Positions 18,109-25,625 of a stretch of DNA of 32,000 bases are shown in pieces; the first letter of the stretch is position 1; each line of letters opens with the position of its first letter. The stretch covers positions 1,740,001 to 1,772,000 of the forward strand of contig NZ_CP064923.1 of assembly GCF_018336915.1 (NCBI RefSeq), in the 5' to 3' direction. The position numbers and the translations under genes were made by a program. The DNA is from Acaryochloris marina S15 (GTDB lineage: Bacteria > Cyanobacteriota > Cyanobacteriia > Thermosynechococcales > Thermosynechococcaceae). The notes beneath the pieces are model-generated. The model was not told where the DNA came from and made no database searches. It saw only the letters and a program-made list of their open reading frames with translations.

Positions 18109-18123
18109 GTGAGTGATGCTCAT
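18109..18123. promoter_or_regulatory. operator candidate GTGAG-TGATG-CTCAT (9/10 match)
   Basis: Second copy, 26 bp downstream of the first, at the predicted transcription start of the 18073 promoter. Confidence 0.4.
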
Positions 18124-18287
18124 ATTTCATAAATGTCTTTCTGCAAAGTCTATACCCCTGAAGCTTCACTAAGTCAGGGATTAAGGACGTTGTGAAGGAG
18201 AAATTCGGCTGCTCATAGAAGCAAGATGAGTGGCTGCCGTTCTGCATTTCCATTCATTGTTCTCAACTAAAAGCTTTGGAGAGAAAT

Positions 18288-18902
18288 ATGTTTAATGACC
18301 CTGTGGGCGTATTAACCGTTGCTCAACAAAAGACTGTTGCTGCAATGCTGGGGCAATCCTTTTCCCAAGACCCCTTCATGGCCTACCTAATGCCAAATGC
18401 CACAACACGAGCACAACACACAACAAAACTCTTTCTGCCCATGATCCGTTGGTGCCTTCGCTATGGCGGGGTTGAGGTTGCTCCAGAAGGAGGAGGATCA
18501 TTGTTATGGGTTTCAGGTCAATATGTCCCCTTTCAGTTGTCCCAAATGGTACGAAGTGGGCTGATTTTGGCCCCTTTCCTGATTGGTTTATCTGCCTTTA
18601 AACGGTTGCAGATTCATGAGGCAGCCTGCGAACATGCCCTGAAGGCAAAAGCGCCTCAACACTTTGCCTATCTTTGGGTTGTCGGCGTTCATCCTAACTC
18701 TGTTGGCCGCGGTATTGGCAAGCAGATGATCCAATCTGCACTGGATACTATGCGGTGCCAGGGGTACTCAGCTTGTCTCCTAAGAACAGAAAACCCTAAC
18801 AATGTTGCCCTCTACGAACATCTTGGCTTTCAGCAGATTCATACGGATCTTCCGGTGGGGAGTGGTCTCCGATATTGGCTACTGTCTAAGGAGCTGGCCT
18901 AA
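18288..18902 (+). CDS. GNAT family N-acetyltransferase
   Basis: Acetyl-CoA binding motif: YLWVVGVHPNSVGRGIGKQMIQSAL, with ...ACLLRTENPNNVALYEHLGFQ. ATG 18288 is preceded by GGAG (18278..18281) and is preferred over the track's TTG 18276. Confidence 0.8.
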   Translation: MFNDPVGVLTVAQQKTVAAMLGQSFSQDPFMAYLMPNATTRAQHTTKLFLPMIRWCLRYGGVEVAPEGGGSLLWVSGQYVPFQLSQMVRSGLILAPFLIGLSAFKRLQIHEAACEHALKAKAPQHFAYLWVVGVHPNSVGRGIGKQMIQSALDTMRCQGYSACLLRTENPNNVALYEHLGFQQIHTDLPVGSGLRYWLLSKELA

Positions 18903-18954
18903 GTCCATCAGAGAGAACGACATGACGTGGAGAAACTGGATCTTTTTTAAGACC

Positions 18955-19368
18955 CTAATGATGCTCAATATAAACCAGCTCTCCTTGGACCCAGTGGCGA
19001 TATAGAAAGGATTGCAAGGCTTGGATACAAGCCATTAGTTCCGCTGGTGAGGGCTGATCGCAGTCAATCTCTTCTACCCGCAGACTGGCAAGCCAATCAC
19101 TTAATACTGCCGTATCGTCGGGTGCGATCGCACAGCTACCCTCTGCCTCCCACCATCCAGCCATATCTGCCCAATCTTGTATCACAGCTGCCATTGTTAC
19201 GTTTGGCCAGTGCCGATACTTGTTATGCAGGGCACCAAAGATTTGATCTGCATAGGGGATGGACAGGACAAGCACCTGACGCTGCTGATGGGCCTGGGGC
19301 GGCCCCCAAAAATTAACCTTCTGATCTGAGGGGCTAATTTCTGAGAAAAAAACTGTTTTTTCTACCAT
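18955..19368 (-). CDS. hypothetical protein (137 aa), Trp/acidic-rich, no recognised domain
   Basis: ATG-initiated ORF convergent with the GNAT gene. It contains a HIP1 site (19124..19131). Coding status is inferred from length only. Confidence 0.45.
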   Translation of the reverse strand: MVEKTVFFSEISPSDQKVNFWGPPQAHQQRQVLVLSIPYADQIFGALHNKYRHWPNVTMAAVIQDWADMAGWWEAEGSCAIAPDDTAVLSDWLASLRVEEIDCDQPSPAELMACIQALQSFLYRHWVQGELVYIEHH

Positions 19369-19566
19369 TCTTGCCAGTCTCTATCGAGGAAGTCTTGATA
19401 ACGCCGTTTCACCTATTGCCAGCTCTGGTTTGCCTGATTTCAAGAGCCTATTCCGTTTCACTTCGCAACAGACGTGATGGGAGTCACATCCAGTGGTGTG
19501 TATCGCTCACCCATCCTTGGTTTCTGGGTCATCGCGTCGGGGAATTCTCCTCGATTAAAGTACAAA

Positions 19567-19628
19567 CAGCCTTGCGCCCGCTCCTAAATAGTCCCCCCCT
19601 AAGCAGGAGCGGATAAAACGCAAGGCTG
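19567..19628. other. long two-tier hairpin in the intergenic region between the 137-aa ORF and the cellulose-synthase-like gene
   Basis: Outer stem (10 bp): cagccttgcg (19567..19576) pairs perfectly with cgcaaggctg (19619..19628). Inner stem (8 bp): ccgctcct (19578..19585) pairs with aggagcgg (19605..19612). The 19-nt loop contains C7, and there is a 6-nt bulge ataaaa. On the minus strand it is followed by TTTGTACTTT. Confidence 0.5.
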
Positions 19629-19640
19629 CCCGTATCAGCT

Positions 19641-21962
19641 ATGGCCATTGTGAAGGAAGTTTGTATGACTGTTACGAAGCCGCCCCTCCGAAATTTACCT
19701 ACCCCTCCCCAGAAATCTGCCCAATCTCCCCATCTATTTATTCGACGGATTCGGCTCACCCTATTCTCCATGCTGGGAATTTTTCTAGCCACTGGGCTGG
19801 GGGTGAGCCTGTGGTTTATCCGGGAAGATCGAGTCACAGCCATTTACAAGCAGGTGGAGCTGCTCTTTGCCAATCCGCCCCTTTGGCTCGCTGTCCCCGT
19901 CGCCGCAGGGAATTATCTGGCAGTGCCTTCCGTGCTTTTGCTGGTGGCTGTCCTCGTTGTTATGCAGGTATCGTCCTCGCCTCGACCTTGGTCTCGCTTA
20001 GTCGTGGGTACGTCATTACTGCTGTTGATTGTGCAGTATATGGTTTGGCGTATTTTCTGGACCCTCAATCTTTCAGATACATTTAACAGCATCTTTAGTA
20101 TCGGTCTGCTGACCTTAGAAATTATTACCATCGTCACCAATATTATTCAGCTTATTCTCGTGTCTCGCTCGACCAATCGGCTGGGCGAAGCGGACTTAAA
20201 TGAAGTTGCCGTTCTCGATGGGGACTATCTGCCCACGGTAGATGTGATGATTCCTACCTATGACGAGCCCAGCTTTATTCTGAAGCGAACCATTATTGGT
20301 TGTCAGGCCATGGATTATCCCCGCAAGACCGTCTACCTGTTGGATGATACTCGGCGACCTGAAATCAAAGCCTTAGCTACAGAGCTAGGGTGTGAATACA
20401 TTATCCGTCCCGATAATCTCCATGCCAAAGCCGGGAACTTGAATCATGCTCTGAATTTCACGTCGGGTGAATTGCTCACGGTCTTTGACGCAGACTTTGT
20501 GCCCACCCAAAACTTTCTCCGACGCACTGTGGGCTTCTTTCAGAACAACAGCATTGCCCTGCTGCAAACCCACCAAAGCTTTTTTAATCCCGATCCAGTC
20601 GCTCGCAATATTGGCCTGGAAAATATTCTGCCTCAAGAAGTCGAGATCTTTTCCCGCTACTACCAGCCCTTACGGGATGGGGTGGAAACAGCCCTATGCT
20701 ACGGCAGTTCCTTTGTGGCTCGCCGTAGTGCCTTAGCCGAGGCGGGCGGCTTTGCCACAGGGACCTTGAGCGAAGACTACTTCACCGGGGTTCGCCTCTC
20801 TGCTAGAGGCAAGCGCGTTATCTTCTTAGGTGAGAGTCTGAGTGCGGGGTTATCCGCAGAGAATATGTCGGCCCATATCACTCAGCGACTGCGCTGGGCT
20901 AGGGGCACCTTACAGGCCTTCTTTATCGAAGCCAATCCCCTCAGAATTAGAGGACTCAAGTTGATTCAGCGCCTGGCCCATCTGGATGGCTTACTGCAGT
21001 GGTTCACCAGTGTGTCTAGGGTTGGGTTTCTACTCATGCCCCTGGCCTATGCCTTCTTTGGCGTTATTCCTTGGCGGGCGACGACTCAAGAAATGCTGTA
21101 TTTCTTTGTGCCCTACTATTTGGTGCAGCTCCTCACCTTCTCTTGGCTGAATCAGCGTAGTCGCTCGGCTCTAATCTCCGATATTTATGCGGTGTCCCAA
21201 TGCTTCCCGGTGGCCCTCACGGTCTTACAAACCCTATTCAATCCCTTTTCCAAAGGCTTTAAGGTAACTCCCAAAGGGGTCTCTAGTAATCGCTATACCT
21301 TTAACTGGAAATTAGCCTCTCCTTTAGTGGTGTTGTTTTTCTTCACCGCCGTTAGCCTCTGGCGTAACCTGGGCATGTGTATGGTCAAGGGAGCTTGGTC
21401 AACGACGGTTGATCCGGAAGTGGCGTTGCAAATAAAAGGCATCGAACTGGGTTGGCTTTGGAGTACCTACAACCTAATTGTTCTGGGAGTGGCCCTATTA
21501 ATTTTGTTGGATGCCCCTAAACCCGATCTCTACGAATGGTTCGATTTGCGACGTACGGTCCGACTCACCTTAGGTGACCTCAAGCTATGGGGCATTACCA
21601 CCATGATTTCGGAAGGCGGTGCAGAAATTGCCTTGACCCAAGCTGGATTGCCCAGACATTATTTTGGAGAGTCGATCCAAATTGAGATCCAGGAAGAGAA
21701 CTTATGTTTACAGGCGGTCATCACCCAGATTCAGCAGCGGGAAGATGATTACCCGATTGTTCAACTGAAATTTGCGGAGGTGACAACTCCCCAATACCGC
21801 AGGCTAGTAGAAATGCTGTTCTGTCGCCCCGGTCAGTGGAAAAGCCCCCAGGCTCCTGGAGAGCTGCAATCCCTCTACTTATTAGTGAAAAGCTTCTTCA
21901 CCCCCCGGATTCTGTTTGATCGACAAATGAAGATCAGCCCGGTAGAAGTTTCCAAAACCTAA
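19641..21962 (+). CDS. cellulose-synthase-like family 2 glycosyltransferase with C-terminal PilZ domain (BcsA/CesA-like)
   Basis: GT2 processive motifs: VDVMIPTYDEP, LLDD, AKAGNLN, VFDADF, TLSEDY, QRLRWARG (QxxRW). There are multiple TM helices on both sides. PilZ signature: LRRTVRL ... TTMISEGGAEI. The alternative start ATG 19665 is preceded by GAAGGAAG. Confidence 0.9.
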   Translation: MAIVKEVCMTVTKPPLRNLPTPPQKSAQSPHLFIRRIRLTLFSMLGIFLATGLGVSLWFIREDRVTAIYKQVELLFANPPLWLAVPVAAGNYLAVPSVLLLVAVLVVMQVSSSPRPWSRLVVGTSLLLLIVQYMVWRIFWTLNLSDTFNSIFSIGLLTLEIITIVTNIIQLILVSRSTNRLGEADLNEVAVLDGDYLPTVDVMIPTYDEPSFILKRTIIGCQAMDYPRKTVYLLDDTRRPEIKALATELGCEYIIRPDNLHAKAGNLNHALNFTSGELLTVFDADFVPTQNFLRRTVGFFQNNSIALLQTHQSFFNPDPVARNIGLENILPQEVEIFSRYYQPLRDGVETALCYGSSFVARRSALAEAGGFATGTLSEDYFTGVRLSARGKRVIFLGESLSAGLSAENMSAHITQRLRWARGTLQAFFIEANPLRIRGLKLIQRLAHLDGLLQWFTSVSRVGFLLMPLAYAFFGVIPWRATTQEMLYFFVPYYLVQLLTFSWLNQRSRSALISDIYAVSQCFPVALTVLQTLFNPFSKGFKVTPKGVSSNRYTFNWKLASPLVVLFFFTAVSLWRNLGMCMVKGAWSTTVDPEVALQIKGIELGWLWSTYNLIVLGVALLILLDAPKPDLYEWFDLRRTVRLTLGDLKLWGITTMISEGGAEIALTQAGLPRHYFGESIQIEIQEENLCLQAVITQIQQREDDYPIVQLKFAEVTTPQYRRLVEMLFCRPGQWKSPQAPGELQSLYLLVKSFFTPRILFDRQMKISPVEVSKT

Positions 21963-22023
21963 TTCTCTCAACCCTTATTTCGAAAACCGGCCGGATTTCG
22001 GACCGATAGTATTGGAGCAAATT

Positions 22024-22758
22024 ATGACCCTTGATGATGTAATTCTGTTGCTGCACCCTGTTTTGGCTGTGGTTGTGGTCTTCCCACTGATTGGAATGGT
22101 TTTGAACCGATCGATTTTGACCCGTCGCCGACGACTGAAGACGTCTCCGGGGAAAAGCAAAATCCCCCCTACAGTGGGACCCGAACATGTGCAGCTGGGG
22201 CGTTGGCTGACTGGATCTGTGGTGAGTTTAGCCCTATTGGGCTTGGCCCATCCCATTGGTGGCAAGATTTTGGAAACGAAGCTGTGGACTACCAACCCTT
22301 TTCAGGTGGTATTTATCTTGGGCATGTTCCTGGCCACAATTGGTTCTCTTATCCTGCTCTATCGGGCTAAGCCCTGGTATTGGCGAGCAACCTTCGCTGG
22401 ATTAACGAGTCTGGGGGTGATTGTCCTGGGGTTCCAAGATGGGGTATTTCGCCGGGATGATGAATGGTTTGTGTCTCATTTTTACTATGGACTGATTGCC
22501 ACGGTACTGATGATTGTGTCTTTGGCCATGGTGCAAGATATTTATCGCGATCGCACCCAAGTATTGCGACGAATCCATATCCTCCTCAACTGTCTGGCAA
22601 CTTTACTCTTCCTGGGACAAGGGATCACGGGCACCCGCGATCTACTGGAAATTCCGTTAAGCTGGCAAAAGCCCCATTTGTATCGCTGTGATTTTGCCAA
22701 TCAGACCTGTCCGGATGTTAGTAGCCAGCTTCCTGTCGTTAGCCCCCCGTTGGTATGA
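22024..22758 (+). CDS. multi-pass membrane protein (DUF4079-like, tentative)
   Basis: About 6 hydrophobic helices. The N-terminus is HPVLAVVVVFPLIGMVLNRSILTRRRR. ATG 22024 is preceded by GGAG, and the track's TTG 22012 is less likely. The stop overlaps the next start (ATGA). Confidence 0.6.
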   Translation: MTLDDVILLLHPVLAVVVVFPLIGMVLNRSILTRRRRLKTSPGKSKIPPTVGPEHVQLGRWLTGSVVSLALLGLAHPIGGKILETKLWTTNPFQVVFILGMFLATIGSLILLYRAKPWYWRATFAGLTSLGVIVLGFQDGVFRRDDEWFVSHFYYGLIATVLMIVSLAMVQDIYRDRTQVLRRIHILLNCLATLLFLGQGITGTRDLLEIPLSWQKPHLYRCDFANQTCPDVSSQLPVVSPPLV

Positions 22759-23507
22759 ATGAGTCCAATGCCCTGGTGATTGGGGCCAGTCAAGGTATTG
22801 GCTTGGGCTTTGTTCACCACCTGTTGCAACAGCCACAAATTAAGACAATCTATGCCACCTATCGCTCTAAAGACTCCGCCGTAGGATTGCTGGCTCTGGC
22901 AGCGCAACATCCAGAGCGAATATCCTGCATCGCCGTTGATATTACTCAAGAAGTGCAAATTGCAGCTTGCTGTGATCAGATTCAAACTGAGGGTAATCTG
23001 CTTCAGTGGGTGATTAACTGTGTGGGCATTCTCCATGCAGGAGATCTACAGCCTGAAAAAGGATTGCGGCAGCTCAATTCTGAACAGTTAATGCGATATT
23101 TCCAAGTCAATAGCATCGGGGCGGCCCTGTGGGCCAAACATCTCTTACCGTTGCTCAAGCATGATGATCGAAGTATCTTTGCCACGATCTCTGCCAAGAT
23201 TGGCAGTATTGGCGATAACCATTTAGGCGGCTGGTACGGTTACCGTGCTTCCAAAGCAGCCTTGAATATGTTGATGCGAACCGCCTCAATTGAGTATCGG
23301 CGCCGCAGTCCCCAAACCATTGTGGTGACCCTGCATCCAGGCACCACAGACACCCAACTCTCAAAACCCTTTCAGCGGAACGTCCCACCCGAAAAATTAT
23401 TTTCTGTCGATCGGACTGTTACTCAGCTGTTGGCCGTTCTTGACGGAGTGAACAAAGAAGACAGCGGCCAGTTCTTTTCCTGGGATGGTAGCAAGCTACC
23501 TTGGTAA
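22755..23507 (+). CDS. short-chain dehydrogenase/reductase (SDR) family oxidoreductase
   Basis: Cofactor motif VIGASQGIGLG, catalytic YRASKAALN, and the PG motif LHPGTTDT. Confidence 0.85.
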   Translation: MNESNALVIGASQGIGLGFVHHLLQQPQIKTIYATYRSKDSAVGLLALAAQHPERISCIAVDITQEVQIAACCDQIQTEGNLLQWVINCVGILHAGDLQPEKGLRQLNSEQLMRYFQVNSIGAALWAKHLLPLLKHDDRSIFATISAKIGSIGDNHLGGWYGYRASKAALNMLMRTASIEYRRRSPQTIVVTLHPGTTDTQLSKPFQRNVPPEKLFSVDRTVTQLLAVLDGVNKEDSGQFFSWDGSKLPW

Positions 23508-23780
23508 GTGATGGTATGCAGAGGTTGCTGCTGGCTGGCTCTCTTGATCTCTGGGGTATGAAGGCATCCCTATTAGAAGGTGCCATTAGTCATACTGGCC
23601 ATGTCATGAGGGAAAGAATAGGCTTTTACTCCCAGGCCGACTGTGTATAGGTGATCTGTTCCCAGTATGATGAAAGAGTTGCCTTGTTGCAGCAAGATTG
23701 AATTGGTCTCTTTCAGTGTCTTATAGTCCTCTTGGGGACTCATCTGAAGGGCTTTCCCCCGTAGATGCAGGAATACATTC

Positions 23781-25028
23781 ATGGATACAAAAGCCTTTAA
23801 GCGAACGCTGCATAAATCTGAGCAGTATCATCGGAAGGGATTTGGTCACGAAGAAGAAGTGACGAACTTGCTGCAGTCTGAGTACAATAGCCAGCTCATC
23901 CAACAAATTCGAAATAATGGGTATCGCCTTGAGCAGGGTGACGTTACCATTCACTTAGCCGAAGCATTTGGATTCTGCTGGGGGGTGGAGCGGGCCATTG
24001 CCTTGGCCTATGAAACTCGTCGCCAGTTTCCCAAAGAGCGAATCTGGATTACCAACGAAATTATTCATAACCCTTCGGTTAATAAGAACTTACGGGATAT
24101 GAAAGTAGAGTTTATTCCGGTCCAACCCGACGGCCAGAAAGACTTTACAGTGGTTGCCAAAAATGATGTAGTGATCCTGCCGGCCTTTGGTGCCAGTGTT
24201 CAGGAAATGCAGTTGCTTAATGATAAAGGCTGCACCATCATGGATACCACCTGTCCGTGGGTATCGAAGGTTTGGAACTCTGTCGAAAAACATAAAAAAG
24301 GGTCTTATACTTCGATTATTCATGGCAAGTATAAGCATGAAGAGACGGTTGCCACGAGCTCCTTTGCGGGGACCTATTTAGTCTTACTCAACCTGGAAGA
24401 AGCAGAATATGTGGCGGACTATATCTTGAATCCAGGAGAAACGCCGTCTGAACGGGAACAACAGCGTGCAGATTTTATGGCGAAGTTCGCCAACGCTCAC
24501 TCACCTGGGTTTGACCCAGAAACAGATTTAGAGCGGGTCGGTATTGCCAACCAAACGACGATGCTTAAAGGTGAAACTGAGCAAATTGGTAAGCTTTTTG
24601 AACGTACTGTCATGCGTAAGTATGGTCCTGCCAAGGTCAACGAGCATTTCCTCAGTTTCAACACCATTTGTGATGCTACCCAAGAACGTCAAGATGCAAT
24701 TTTTCAATTGGTCGATGAACCCTTGGATTTAATGGTAGTGATTGGTGGCTTTAATTCATCCAATACGACCCATCTCCAAGAGATCTCTATTGATAAAAAC
24801 ATTCCGTCCTATCACATTGATAGTGTCGAACGCATTGGCCCAGGCAATCGGGTTGAACATAAACCCCTTAATGCTGATCTGACGGTCACGGAAAATTGGT
24901 TGCCGAAGGGTCCCCTTGCCATTGGGATTACGTCAGGAGCCTCAACACCTGACAAAGTTGTGTCTGATATTGTCGAAAAAATCTTCGCAATTAAAAGCGC
25001 TTCTGTAGAAGTTGTGGGAGTTGGCTAA
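23781..25028 (+). CDS. ispH: 4-hydroxy-3-methylbut-2-enyl diphosphate reductase (IspH/LytB), long cyanobacterial/plant-type form
   Basis: [84 protein letters not shown]. It carries the N-terminal extension typical of cyanobacterial IspH. Confidence 0.95.
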   Translation: MDTKAFKRTLHKSEQYHRKGFGHEEEVTNLLQSEYNSQLIQQIRNNGYRLEQGDVTIHLAEAFGFCWGVERAIALAYETRRQFPKERIWITNEIIHNPSVNKNLRDMKVEFIPVQPDGQKDFTVVAKNDVVILPAFGASVQEMQLLNDKGCTIMDTTCPWVSKVWNSVEKHKKGSYTSIIHGKYKHEETVATSSFAGTYLVLLNLEEAEYVADYILNPGETPSEREQQRADFMAKFANAHSPGFDPETDLERVGIANQTTMLKGETEQIGKLFERTVMRKYGPAKVNEHFLSFNTICDATQERQDAIFQLVDEPLDLMVVIGGFNSSNTTHLQEISIDKNIPSYHIDSVERIGPGNRVEHKPLNADLTVTENWLPKGPLAIGITSGASTPDKVVSDIVEKIFAIKSASVEVVGVG

Positions 25029-25046
25029 TCACCACTAAAACCCTGA

Positions 25047-25625
25047 CTAACGAGTCACCACCATAATAATGGTCATCACGAAGAAGCCGCTAGCACCCAC
25101 AATCGTGATGATGTCGGTAACTCGCTTGACGTGGTTGAGGCGTCGATCTAAATGCTGCAGGGCAGAACGGTCGGCGTAAATTAAGTTGCTCAAGTCCTGC
25201 ATGGAATTTTCGAGCCAGTCCAGCTTGTTGGTATCTGCACCAGGGGCTGGAGTTGTTGTTTGTTCTAATTGTTGGAGTTGACTACGATCGTGATGAAGCT
25301 GCTCTTGTAGGTCATAGGTTGTGGCTTCAAAACTATGCCTTAAGTCTAAAATTTCTGATTGTAATTGGGCATATTTTGTGTCGAATTGCGATTCTAACTC
25401 TACATATTGTTCTTGTAATTGTGACGGTACCGAAGCCTCCTCCAAGGAGTTTTTAGCTTGGCTCAGAGATTGTTCTAATTCTTGCTGGGTTTGGGTGAGT
25501 TGCTCAAAATGAGTTTGCAGTTCAGAAAAGCCATCCAATACCTGAAAAGCTTGACTAAACCGACTTCGCAAACTCTCTAATTCTTTCTCCAGTTGATCAA
25601 TTGCACTCAAAACCCTTCTCCTCAA
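25047..25625 (-). CDS. tail-anchored coiled-coil protein, unknown function
   Basis: Q/E/L-rich heptad-like sequence throughout, with one C-terminal hydrophobic helix IITIVGASGFFVMTIIMVV. There is no in-frame ATG near the 5' end. TTG 25625 overlaps the stop of the upstream response regulator (TTGA). The alternative TTG 25610 lies behind GGAGAAGGG. Confidence 0.5.
   Translation of the reverse strand: MRRRVLSAIDQLEKELESLRSRFSQAFQVLDGFSELQTHFEQLTQTQQELEQSLSQAKNSLEEASVPSQLQEQYVELESQFDTKYAQLQSEILDLRHSFEATTYDLQEQLHHDRSQLQQLEQTTTPAPGADTNKLDWLENSMQDLSNLIYADRSALQHLDRRLNHVKRVTDIITIVGASGFFVMTIIMVVTR

Noticed and set aside
17839-18253. Minus-strand ORFs 17839..18090 and 18068..18253 between small ORF B and the GNAT gene
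   Set aside because: Both need non-ATG starts located inside the palindromic promoter/operator region, overlap each other, and have no motif or SD. They could hide a real micro-ORF (MFGAGKCSPTQ...), but I cannot support one.
19560-19640. Possible c-di-GMP riboswitch upstream of the PilZ cellulose synthase (ACGCAAGGC resembles the ACGCAAAGC core of GEMM-I)
   Set aside because: The similarity is limited to about 9 nt. That segment forms part of a simple long stem rather than the two-hairpin tetraloop/receptor architecture I recall for GEMM-I. I cannot support it without a covariance-model scan.
19371-19843. ORFs 19371..19616 (+) and 19529..19843 (-) in the intergenic region and start of the synthase gene
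   Set aside because: They overlap the hairpin and the 5' end of the strongly supported synthase gene. Their composition is Arg/Pro/Ser-rich and they have no motifs.
21981-22000. cgaaaaccgg/ccggatttcg near-palindrome between the synthase gene and the membrane-protein gene as a terminator
   Set aside because: It contains an A-A mismatch, and only about 7 bp remain after allowing a loop. There is no downstream T-run. It is too weak to call.
23573-23954. Minus-strand ORFs 23573..23782 and 23721..23954 around the ispH start
   Set aside because: One is antisense to the well-supported ispH N-terminus. The other lies in the SDR-ispH spacer and has no recognisable features.
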